This document shows, piece by piece, positions 1 through 11,810 of a stretch of DNA of 64,000 nucleotides. The stretch's first letter is position 1. Every line of letters starts with the position of its first letter. Source of the DNA: Camelus ferus. Taxonomy: Eukaryota. Both the position numbers and the translations under genes were made by a program. The stretch lies in the NCBI RefSeq assembly GCF_009834535.1, contig NC_045697.1, forward strand, positions 78,370,001-78,434,000, in the 5' to 3' direction. The notes beneath the pieces are model-generated. The model was not told the DNA's origin and made no database searches. It saw only the letters and a list, made by a program, of their open reading frames with translations.

Positions 1-194
1 AGACTTTGCCCTAAGTAAGTTTGTGGTATAGGTAGATATTAATATTTAAGAAGGACTAGATTATTACTGTCTTAAGCTTTTGTCATCAGTTATTTGAATA
101 TACTTTCTGTGAAAGAAACTAAGCAATGATACTGGCCTTAGTAACAGATAATAAGCAATGGAGTGGAGACTATGCTCAATAGTTGCCTTCTAGA

Positions 195-330
195 CATTAA
201 CTTTCTTAATCCTCACAAAACCTCTGTCAAGTAGGTGTTACTATCCTCAACCCGCTTTTTAGATAAGAAAACTAAGGCACAAGCAGTAAACGGTAGAGCT
301 TGCATTAGAACTGGCTATGCTCCTAAACCT
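195..330 (-). mobile_element. MIR SINE fragment
   Basis: ttaatcctcacaaaacctctgtcaagtaggtgttactatcc...tttagataagaaaactaaggcaca resembles the reverse-strand MIR core. Confidence 0.7.
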
Positions 331-3258
331 TATTTAGCCCCCTTTTAATCAAACTTGTTAATTCATTCCAAATGTTCACAATCAAAACCAACACAATTAA
401 TATATGGGAATTTAAGAGCACTGGAATATAAACTAAAATATACTTAAATTTTTGTATTGCAACTTCTGCTTTATGTAGAGCTTTACATACAGGTTGTTTC
501 TCTTTGGCAAGATACTAGTCAATTCAAAGCACAAATCAAACCAGAACCAGATTGGTGCTTTTAAAGAAATGTCTGGCTGTCTGACTAAATTAATGGAGTA
601 GCCATAATTAGATCTACAGTGTTCTGTAATCTCCCCCTGTAACTACCAGACTTGTTAATCACAACTACTCTCACTGTCACCATTTTTAAAGTCTCTGTCT
701 ATTGCTTCAATTAAAATACAGATACATCTGTGCTACTGGTCTGTCTTTTTTCCATCTGTGCCACTATGATATCAGTTTGATTTGTCATCCCATTGGCTTT
801 TGTAAAGAGCTAATAATTTTTTAAGTGTTAGATATGAAATTCAAGCACCATGCAGTCAAAGTCCCTGTATTCAGCAAAGCCTGTCATAAGGAGTGACTGA
901 TGCATCGTTTCAGGTTTGAGAAAGCGGTTAGGAAATGGGCTGCTGGGACACCTGCCAGAAAGCGTGGGCCCTGCAAGACAGTGTTTCTGAAGCCAGGAGA
1001 CCTAACTGTGTAACACCTTAAGGTATAAAAAACATTTTTCTTTCAGAGTCCCTTGGTCACACAGACACATGGCACTGAGAACATGTCCTCTTTCTTAGCT
1101 GTTGACTAATATCAGTAACGAACAGATGCATTTCGACTTCCTGTGACTTACAGATGTCATGAGACCTCCACAACTGTATCACTTACTAACATTATAAAAA
1201 TCACTATTGATGATACAGTATCCAATGTTTCAAGGACAAGAGGAATAACCTCCTAAATCATCCATTAGTTCTTTTACTGTTAATGGTAAAAATCTTCAGC
1301 ATTCTAGTTTCTGCATAGTATTCTGACATATTTATGTTCCTTGTTCAGAAGGTTGAAGCTGTATTACTTACGGTGAAATTCCAAGTGTTCACAGTACATA
1401 AGCAGGAGCATTTATCAGAGGAGTGGTTTACTGAGTAATTGCCTAACATTTAGAGATTACTCTTCTGAATACTTTTCCTGCCCTCCTGCTCCTCACACAC
1501 CTTAGATATCACTGAGCCTCAAGTATCTGAAAGAAATAACAAGGACAGGAATAGTCAACTTGTGTATGTGAAAAAGATGGGCAGATGAAAATACAGCACT
1601 ATAAAAATACAGCATTTTGAGCTTCAAAAACAATTTGACATACATTTAGTCTAATAGTTAGGTTGAATTTTTATTTATTAAACCTATTTTTTTAATCATT
1701 TGGAAATCTGAACTCATTTGTTGTGATTTCTTTTAAAAGCTTAGCAAAGTGAGTGATGTTTTCTGGCTTGCTCTATAAAAGCAGAACATCACTAGGAAGA
1801 CTATTTCTCCATTAGTTGAAGGTTTTCTGTATTGCATTTCTTGTGCTTTACCCTGTGTTTTTGAGCCAATGCCATCAGTACATCTGGAATTAAAATTTAG
1901 AGTCTTAGAAAGACCGAAAGAGTAGTGTTAAATGAAACAAGAGAATGTTTTGATTTATTGGAATGCATAGTAAAAATCATGCATGAATTATGTATACCAG
2001 TTATGGTCATTTATTAATGTATATAATACCGGAACCACTTTTTAAAATGCAAAATATAGAGTATAATTTCGAAAAATAAAAACCAAAAAGAGTCCTAGCT
2101 AAGAACTATTTAAGATTTTTTGAAACATTATTTCAAATATTTTTAAAGCTAAAAACATTTAAAACTTGCATAAGTGTAAATATAGCTTAATTCAATCAGC
2201 AGAACAAGAAAAGAAAGTATTAGATGTATTTAGACACTGTATAGGATTGTGGGCTAAGAGTGACTACTATTACACAATGACACACACAGATATGTATAGA
2301 CAGACACAGAGGGAGAAAGAGATACATATGTGTGAATGTGTATATTTCATTTTATGTTTCTATTTTTGTTATCTTGCAGCTTCACAAATAGCTTTTGTGT
2401 TTAATTGTTGAACATAATAAATATGTAATGCTTTGTTGTTTCATTGACAGTAATGTATTGCCATAGTGTTGTAAGTCTATCATGTTGCTTGTTATTCAAG
2501 TCATGGCCATAGAAGATGTTCACTTATTAATACATCTGGAATTTCCCTACAGGGTAATAGCAAATGATATTGCTAGATTTTGTAATATTTCTAGACGGGA
2601 CTTACAATCCATTCAGTACGTTTTTGGCACTAGAAACTTTTCTACCATCAGCTAATAAAATATATAATTCCATGAAACTTCCAAATGTTATTTATTGGAA
2701 ACCACAAAATGAGTTCCAACAACTTAATAGATAATTATATCTTTACTAAAAATCAGATTTATTAAAACTGTATATTTCACTTTAGTTCTCTAAGAAGAAA
2801 TTATGTTCTTTTAGTTGTAATCTTTTAAATTACACACACATGTTATCTGATATTCATTAAGTCTTAAAAATAAGATGTTCTGATCTTATCACTAAAAACC
2901 CCCCACAAATACTACAAGTGGTTACATATCCTATAAGAAATATATATATATGTGTATATATATATATAAATGCAATTCCTCTTAATATTATTAGATGAAA
3001 ACTGTGAACCTTAGCTCTGCATTTTTGGAATATTGCATTATTTAGTAATTCATGTGTTCTTTGAAAAACAGATTATATTAAAAACTAATTTTCAAAATTA
3101 ACAAGTCTTACAAAAATCTTTGGAGTGTACTCTTCATTCTATTTATCCATCATATATTTGAAAAACATCATTATTTATGTGCATGTGTATGTGTGTGTGT
3201 CTGTGTGTAACACACACATATGTGTACATACTCACATATAGCCATTCAAATACATATG

Positions 3259-3692
3259 TGTGACGCTTAATTTATATGTCACCTTGTCTGAGACATGGGG
3301 TGTCCAGATTAAACAGAATCTCTGGGTGTGTCTGTGAAGCTGTTTCTCCATGATACTAGTATTGGAATTGGTGGACTAGGTAAAGCAGATTGTTGTCCCT
3401 AGTCTGGGTGGACATCATTCGATCTGTTGACGGCCTGAAGAGAACAAAAAAGGCAGAGGAAGAGGGAATTCACTCCTCATAACTGTTGAACTGAGACATC
3501 AGTCTTCTTCTGACCTCAGGGGACTGACGCCTTTGACCCTCCAGTTCTCAGGACCGCACCACTGACTTTCCCGTCTGCAGACAACACACCATGGGACCTC
3601 TCAGCCTCCATAATAGTGTAAGCCAATTCTTTTTAATCTCTCTCTCTCTATGAATATGTAGAGAGATGGTCTATTTCTCTGGAGAAACCTTT
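3259..3692 (+). mobile_element. MLT2-type (ERVL) solo LTR
   Basis: Starts tgtgacgcttaatttatatgtcacc; internal gggtgtgtctgtgaag, gtaaagcagattg, gaacaaaaaaggcagaggaag; ends tctatttctctggagaaacc. Homologous to 18300-18846. Confidence 0.85.
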
Positions 3693-4639
3693 ATCAGAAT
3701 CATGAAATTCTGACATCATATGATGTCTATATGAAGTATAGACATCATCTTATTTCTGTAGTAGGCTCTACTACCATATCTTTGTTACTCACCAGGAGTC
3801 TGAGGAAGAGGAGAGCGATGTGCTCATTATATGAGAACAGGGAAAGAATGAGGGGAAAATAATAGAGTGGAACAAGTAAATACAAAGGAAAAAACGGCTT
3901 TCCTTTCTGTATAACTGTTTCAAGGAGACAGCAAATTGATATGTTTGGTCTGGTTCTAGACTGGCTCCAGGATTCAAAATTGTCAAAGAGAAAATTCTTT
4001 AAATAGAATTATCTCAATAAGCACTTGTGTCCATGACTTGGCAGCTGTGAGCTAGGCCACATGTGCTTAGAATACTGCTTAAATAGTCATGGAAGAAAAA
4101 AATAATGGTTAAAATGTTAATTACCACTAAATTCAACTAGTCCCTGAAATACCTTGGCAATTTACTTAACTGGCATGGTGGTTGGGAGTATGTAGCCTCC
4201 CTGCCCAGGAATGTTAACTTTGTACAGTAGTTGGAACTATAAATATCCAATTTTTTTTTAATTATGTTAAAAATGAAGTAAAAACTTCTTTTGGCCCTTG
4301 GGGAGTTGGAAATACCTCCTCAAATATGGTGTCACTGGAGCTGTTTAAACACAAGTCAAAGTCTGTTTAAAACTACTTGCTTGGTTAACTAACCTCTTAA
4401 TTTCCTTTCTGCGTTAACCAAGGCTATCCCTCCCTCCTAGTGAAGGACAGTGACTAAGAGGATCTGCCCCTATTCTCTCCTTTGGAGTGAGATGTGTCCC
4501 CAAATGGCTTTTGTTTACCAAATATCCTTATGCTGATTGCACTTGTCATTCTAATTCCATCATTTAATTAAGATGAAATAAACCAACTAAATTTATGTGA
4601 ATAAAGACATTTGCTTCAATGAGAATTAAGTTGAATTCT

Positions 4640-5300
4640 ACCTGACAGACAGGAGTAGTTGAACACATGTGTTTATCTACACTCTTTCCTAAAACTCCAT
4701 GACGGGGAAGGACTACAAGTTACAAGCCCATAAGGGTAAAGAGGATGGGAAAGGAGACAATGACAGATATTCAAGTAGATGGACATGTGGTAATTAACTT
4801 ACAAGGTCAGAGAAAGTTAAAATTCAAGCCATCATACAGGGAAACCAGTAAGAAAACAATTCAACTGCTATCACAGACTTGTGCCAGGTTCAAAAATTTA
4901 AATACCAGAGAATTCTGGGGCAAAGGGCTGAAAACAGGACTAGTGGAAATTCTGTACAAGGAAGGTTACAACTGCAGATTATTTTTTCCACCCATTATGT
5001 ATCCAATCACCTACATTCTTCCTGATTAGGCAGAAGATGAGGGATTGCATTATACAGATATTGAAATAGACCTGGTCTGTATTCAGGGATGACAGACACT
5101 CTATGGGCAGGCTGAAGGGAATATTTAAATGTACCCACAAAGGGGTGACACCTAGTCCACTTCCCACTGTTCAGCTTACAGAATGTTTATACCCTCCAAA
5201 AGGAGACAGGATACAGCTTTTGATAGAGACTGACAGCCTTAAAAGGAACAACACACACGTACAGACATTCAGGACAGGATGGTTCTAGGAAGTGTCCAGA
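4640..5300 (+). mobile_element. Ancient L1ME-type 5' region fragment
   Basis: aagcccataagggtaaagaggatgggaaaggagacaatgacaga...agtagatggacatgtggtaattaactt resembles recalled L1ME 5'-end consensus; highly diverged. Confidence 0.45.
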
Positions 5301-5821
5301 TGCTCACTTAGTCCTCCCAGAATGATTTGCATTATTTATATTCACAATCCTGTTCATATTCACAAAGTTGCCACATTTGTGTGTGTGTTTTATTCTTGAA
5401 TAGGAACTGTTAGGCCAAATATGATCTTCTATGGATTAACTCTCAAATTTTCTACAGCTTTCCAATTCACTCTCGGTCTTTCTGGTTTTTTTCCTCCCTC
5501 TGTGGGATTTCCTCAAATCTATTTCTCTACCAGTACTTCCTTTAACTTTTTAAATGCAATAAATGTTATTATTCTCTGAAAGTAATTTTTGTCTAGTGTT
5601 CTAATCTAGTTTTATGGATTCTGTATTTTCTCATATCTCTTGGAATTTACTGATTATTAGAAGGCATTGAATTTTATTGTCTCTGAGTCAGTAATAAATA
5701 ACAACAGAAATCATGTGCAAGAGAGGTTCCCCCTCTGCCCACACACATGCACCCACAGCAAGTTGGAAGTTGTGGATAGATTTAATATTAACATGTATCA
5801 CATTTAAAGTATCACTACAGA

Positions 5822-6546
5822 ATTACATTCTGCAGCCACTATGGAGGACAGTTAGGAGGTTCCTTAAAAAATTAAAAATAGACTTACCATATGATCCTAC
5901 AATCCCACTCCTGGGCATATATCCAGAAAAACTATAATTCAAAAAGACACATGCACCCCAATGTTCTTAGCAGCACTATTTACAGTAGCCAAGACATGGA
6001 AACAACCCAAATGTTCATTGACAGATGACTGGATAAAGAAGATGTGTGTGTGTGTGTGTGTGTGTGTATACACACACACAATGGAATATTACTCAGCCAT
6101 AAAAAAGAATGAAATAATACCATTTACAGTAACATGGAGGGACCTAGAGATTATCATATTAAGTGAAGTAAGTCAGACAGAGAAAGATAAATATCATATG
6201 ATATCATTTATATGTGGAATCTAAAAATAATGATGCATATTCTATTTAAAACCAAAAGCAGACTCACAGACATAGAAAACAAACTGTGGTTATCAAAAAG
6301 GAAAGGGCAGGGAGGGATAAATTAGGGGTTAGGGATTAACAGACACAATATGTATAAAATAGATAAACAATAAAGACCTACTGTATAGCACAGGGAGCTA
6401 TATTCAATTTCTTATAAGAACATATAGTGGAAAGAATCTGAAAAGAAAAAAAATATATTTGGATGTATATGTATAACTGAATCACTTTGCTGTGCACCTG
6501 AAACTAATGTTATAAATCAACTACACTTCAAAAAAAATTTTTTTTG
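5822..6546 (+). mobile_element. 5'-truncated LINE-1 (ORF2 C-terminus, 3' UTR, A tail)
   Basis: ORF2 peptides QPLWRTVRRFLKKLKIDLPYDPTIPLLGIYP and AALFTVAKTWKQPKC...MEYYSAIKKNE; G-rich 3' UTR; TSD aagtatcactacaga (5807-5821) / aagtatctctacaga (6547-6561) at a tttaaag endonuclease-type site. Confidence 0.95.
6043..6080. repeat. (TG)12-TATA-(CA)5 microsatellite inside L1
   Basis: Read directly from the sequence. Confidence 0.95.
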
Positions 6547-8170
6547 AAGTATCTCTACAGACTTAGATATTAGCAAGCCTACTAAAAGATATAGGGGGAG
6601 AGGAAAGGCCCCATTTAGATTTTCCATTTGGGTTGCTTTGTAAATGTAATTAAGTTCACTCTCTACTTGGAAGAATCAAACCTGGGTATGATAATATATG
6701 CACCACGGGTACGATTTATGCTGGAAAAACTACAAAACTCCAACCTAGGGACTTCCTCGGAAAAAGAGGCATGGACCAACATAAGGGGAAGAAATACACA
6801 ACATAAAGCCTTATGTTAAAAGAACATGTTTAAGGGTTGTGCCTTTCTGATGATTTTATAACTGTTTTCCTCTGTCAGAGCTTTTGTGTGTGTGTATGTG
6901 ACTAAGTGACCAACGACTGGACTCACTGAGCTGGAGAAGAGCGTGTTTGCAGGCATCACCAAGACCTAGCAGAGTTCTTGAGAGGAGCAAAATTGTAACA
7001 GCCCTTCTCTTCTAAGTTTTAGAGAACAGTTTTTCTGTATTTCATCCCACTTTTCACTGTAGATTAGAAAAACAAAAGAAGACCCCTATTTCCACCTGCA
7101 AGCTCCATCTTATTTTAAAGCCTGAGAGGGATAGGAGAGGGCTGCCCTTCCTTCTCCTGGAGGAAGGGTCTTCCTTCAAGCAAATCGGTCTGGCGGTGCA
7201 CCTAGCAGTTTCCTATCTCAGCTTCGCTTGGTAACGAGAAGGCTGACTCCTTCTGCTAAACGCCGCCCAGCTCTGTGTACAGAGGTTGAGGACAGCTAAA
7301 CACTCAGCCACTTTCTTCCCCGCAGTAGCCTCTCCCTCTTCTGGACAGAGATTTCCTACAGGGCACAACATTTGTTTCCCTGTCTAAGTCCTAAATTCTT
7401 CAAAAGCCAGGCTCGTGTGTCCTATCATATTATTCTTTTTCTCTTTCTTTCCCTTTTTTTTTCTTTTACTTCCATTTTTCGGCAAGAACAGTGCTACAAA
7501 CTTACTAGTTGCTTAATCCATTATGGCAGGAGAGGAGGTTGCTGATAACTTTGCCTTGAAATGGGGGATTGATTTTGTTCTTTCAATTATTCTGAACTTT
7601 CTTTCTCTTTCCAGAGTTTTGCTTTTCTTAGACTTGCTGAAACTTTGTCCTAAAATTAGGAGGGCTTGGTATAATTCAGAGATATTTCAAGAATGGAAAA
7701 TGACAGTTGAATAAAGCACAGAAAAGTGAAGTCCAGTGTTGTTGCTGTTTATCTAAGATGCAGGGAATAAGTGGTTTCTCTTAATGTTGTGATGACCTAT
7801 TCATTAACAGCTATGTGCAGTGTATGACTTTATGACAGATTATTTCCAATTTCTCTGTTCTATCTTTTATGACAATACTGTAATTCATTTAACTTAAACA
7901 TCTGCTCTAATAACCCAATATATTGGTTTTATTTTATGGTAAATAAGTTATATTTTAAATTATTTAGGAATAAAACTATCAAATATTTTATTTTATCTTC
8001 ATTTATTCCCTCCCCAATGCTTTTCCTTTTTTATGTAGACCATTTATGAGCTATGTTATTGTCTTTTATGCCTGAAGAACTGCTTTAACATTTCTTACAG
8101 GGCTAGCCAGTTGGCAATGAATTCCATAAATTTTTGTTTGTGTGAGAAATTCTTTATTTCTCCTCCACTT

Positions 8171-8481
8171 ATTTATTGGTGGAAGTATTGTGATTTTATT
8201 TATTTTTTAATTGAGGTATAGTCAGTTACAATGTGTCAGTCTCTGGTGTACAGCATAATCTTTCAGTCATACATATACATATATATATTTGTTTTCATAC
8301 TCTTTCCATTATAGGTTACTGCAAAACAGAAACAGACTCACACAGCAAACAAACTTATGGTTAGCAGGAGAAAGGGGATGGGAAGGGATAAATTGGGAGT
8401 TTGAGACTTGCAGATATTAACTACTATATATAAAATAGATGAACAACAAGTTTCTTCTGTACAGCACAGGGAACTATATTC
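8171..8481 (-). mobile_element. L1 3' end with 5' inversion (twin priming)
   Basis: 8200-8324 is L1 3' end on minus; 8325-8481 is the adjacent upstream L1 3' UTR on plus; TSD ttctcctccactt (8158-8170) / ttctcctttactt (8479-8491). Confidence 0.88.
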
Positions 8482-9087
8482 TCCTTTACTTTTGAAGGCT
8501 GATTTTACTAGATAGAAAATTATACATTTGTGGGTTTTATCTTTCAATATGCTAAATATTTCACTTCATTTTCCTCTTTCTCGCTTGGTGTTTAATGAGA
8601 AGTCTCCTGTAACTCTTAACCTTGTTTCTTTTTCTGTAAGGTGACTTTTTTTCCCCTCTAGCATCTTTCCAGATCTGTTTTTGTCTTTGGTTTTCTGGAC
8701 TTTGAATATAATATTCTTAGATGTAGATTTTTTTGTATTTTCCTATTTGATGTTCTTGAGCTTCCTAGATATGCGGTTTGGTGTTTGCTATTCATTTTGG
8801 AAAATTCTAAGCTATTTTTATTTTAAATATTTTTCTGATTTAGTCTCTACTCTCCTAATATTTCAATTAAATTGTATGTATGTTATATCTTTGAAATTGT
8901 CTTAATTAGAAGTTCTGGGGTTTTGTTTTTCCCCCATTCTTTTTTTTTTTTTCTCCTTATTTTCAGTTTTGGAAGTTTCTATCGACCTATCTTGAAGCTC
9001 ACATCAGTTTTTTCCAATCTACTGATGAGCCCATCAAAGGTATTCTTCATTTCTGGTTAGTGTTTTTGAGTTCTCGCATTTCCTTTT

Positions 9088-10640
9088 GTTGTGTTAGGAT
9101 GAAATTCATACAACATACAATTCATTTTAAAGTGAACAATTCAGCATTTAATGTATTCACAATATTGTGCAATCACCAACTCTCTATGGTTTCAAACTTT
9201 TTGATAAAACTCCATACCCAATTAAGTAATCGGTCCCCATTTCCCTTTGCCCTCATCCCTTAATTGCAACTAATCTGATTTTTCTATGGATCTGCCTATT
9301 CTGAATAGACCATATAAAAGTTATAATGGAATATATGACTTTTGTGCATGGCGTCTTTCATTTAGTGTAATGTTTTTGAGGTTCATTTGAGTTGTAGTGT
9401 GTATTGGTATTTCATTCATTTTCTTTTGCTAAATAATATTTCAGTGTATGTTTGTAACACAATTTGTTTATCTATTTATCTCTTCATGGATATTTGGGTT
9501 GTTTCCAGTTTTGGGCTGTTATGAATATAGGCATACTTTGGAGATATTGCAGATTAGGTCCCAGACCACCACAATAAATTGAGTATTTCAACAAAGGGAT
9601 TCACATGAATTTTTTGGTGTATTTTTGGCATATAAAAGTTTTGTTAAGACTATACTGTAGTCTACTAGGTGTGCAGTAACATTATGTCTAAAAACAAAGC
9701 ATATAACTTAAGTAAAAAGTACTTTATTGCTAAATAGTGTTGTCATCTGAGCCTTTAGCCAATTGTAGTAATAACATCAAAGATCACTGATCGCAGATCA
9801 CCATAACGAATATGATAATAATGAATAAGTTTGAAATATTGCAAGAATTTCCAAAATGTGATAGAGACATGAAGTAAGCAAATATTGCTGGAAAAATGGC
9901 ACCTGTAGAGTTGCCTGATGCAGAATTGCCACAAACCTTCAATTTGTAAAAAACACAGTATCTGTTTAAGTACAATAAAATGAGTGATGCCTCTAATGCT
10001 CTTATAAACACTTATGTACAAGTTTCTGTGTGGACATGTGTTTTTATTTTTATTTCTCCTGGGTATGTATCTAGGAGTGGAATTGCTGGGTCATATGGTA
10101 ATTCTATGTTTAATTTTTTGAGGACCAGCTAAACTGCTTCCACAGTGTTTGCATCATCTTACATCTTACCAGCAATGTACAAGGGTCCTTCCTTCTCCAC
10201 ATTCTTGACAACCCCTGTTATTTTCCATTTTTTTGATTAAAGCCATCTTGGTTGACATGAAGTAGTATATCACTATGGTTTTTATTCTCATTTCCTCAGT
10301 GAGCAATGTTTTTGAATATCTCTCTGTGTACTTGTTGTCTAGTTGTATCTTTTTGGGAAAATGTCTGTTTGAGCCCTTTGTGCATTTTTTAATTGAGTTG
10401 CTGGTCTTTTTGTTGTTGAGTTGTTAGAGATTGTTATAATCCTAGATATAAAAATCTTAACAGATATATGACTTGAAAATATTTTTCCCAGTCTGTGAAT
10501 TGTCTTTTTAGATTGTAATGCCTTTTGGTGAACAAAAGTTTTTAACTTTAAGGAAGTTCACTTTTTCTGTTTTCTTTTATTGCTTATACTTTAAGTGTCA
10601 AACCTAAGAATCTATTGTCAAATCTTAAATCATAAAGACT
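9088..10640 (-). mobile_element. L1MB-like 3' end (ORF2 3' part and 3' UTR)
   Basis: gatgaaattcatacaacatacaattcattttaaagtgaacaattcag, gggttgtttccagttttgggct, ctaggagtggaattgctgggtcatatggtaattctatgtttaa. Confidence 0.85.
9528..9993 (-). mobile_element. Internally deleted Tigger1-derived DNA transposon (Tigger1a-like)
   Basis: Terminus taggcatactttggagatattgcag...ccagaccaccacaataaa and opposite terminus acaataaaatgagtgatgcctc; flanked by TA at 9526-9527 and 9994-9995; host L1 text atgaata|atgct rejoins. Confidence 0.9.
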
Positions 10641-11384
10641 CTTCCTTACAGTTTCCACATTCTGCTTACATTACCTGTCTGTCCTTGCATGTTGTCTACA
10701 TTTTCTATTAGGGTCCTTGATGTATTAGTTGCAGTTATTTTAAATACCCTGTCTGATTAATCCATGGAGGTGTTGTGCCTGAGTTGGCTCTGATGCTTGC
10801 TTGATCTCTTCAGCTGTGTTTTTAATTACTTCTTGGCTTGGCTTTTATGTACCTTTTTGTTGAAAGTCAGACATGTTGTAAATGGTAGTAAGAATTGAGG
10901 TTATAGGACTTTGGTGAGAGGATTTCTGTTAATTTGATTAGGAGTTAGGCTATGTTTAATGTTTGCTATTTTTAGTGTTTATGTGCCAGAGGTTTGAAAT
11001 CCATCTAGTGTCCTTATTCTCATCTCTCCATTATCTCTGAGCTTCCCTGAGAACTCTTCTTTAGTCGGAGTCTGAGTCTTGATACTCTTTTATCCCTAAT
11101 TTCACTGACATTATACTGAGTCCCTGTTGATGGTGGTAGAATATGATGGAGGGAAAGCATTCCATAATCTTATAATTTCATCTCAGTCTTTCAGTGGGCC
11201 TATGTCTCTAGGTTGTAACATTTATAAGCGTTTCTCTGCTTCCCACTCCTCCTTGCCCCATACGCCTAGGTGAGTCAGGAAGTCTAGAGGGAGCTGGAGT
11301 GAGGGAAAATATCTCCCCAGTTGAGGATTAGACTCTGGTAAAGTCTTTTCTGTTAAACAGTAGGCTTCTGTTATAAAGAACATA

Positions 11385-11810
11385 TGTATTAATATGAGCT
11401 TATGATTTTTCTTCTTTAGCTTGTTCATGGGATAGATTATGTTAATTGATTTTTCAAGTGTTGAACCATCCTTGCATACCAGTTGAACCATCCTTGCATA
11501 CTCACTTGATCATAATGTATAATTCTTTGTCTACATTGTTGGATTTGATTTGATAATGTTTTGTTGAGGACTTTTGCATCTATGTTTATGAGCTCTATCG
11601 GGCTGTAGTTTTCTTTTCCTGTAATGTCTTTGTCTGGGTTTGGTATTAGGGTAACACTGGCCTCATAGATGGAGTTAGGATGCATTCCACTTGCTTTTAT
11701 ACTCTGAAAGAGATTATAAAGAATTGGTATAATTTCTCCCTTAAATGTTTGGTAGAATTTGTCAGTGAATTCATCTGGGTCTGGTACTTTCTTTTTTGAA
11801 ATGTTATTCA
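11385..11810 (-). mobile_element. L1 ORF2 reverse-transcriptase-region fragment
   Basis: Peptide PNSIYEASVTLIPNPDKDITGKENYSPIELINIDAKVLNKTLSNQIQQ...IIHYDQV...QGWFN matches L1 ORF2 RT N-terminal motifs; frameshifted. Confidence 0.93.

Noticed and set aside
914..1022. Possible + strand exon (tttcag ... aag|gtataa)
   Set aside because: Short pyrimidine tract, weak donor, no recognisable product.
7140..7420. GC-richer patch as a promoter
   Set aside because: Few CpGs, no clear core promoter, and it may be a decayed L1 5' UTR; cannot be supported from sequence alone.
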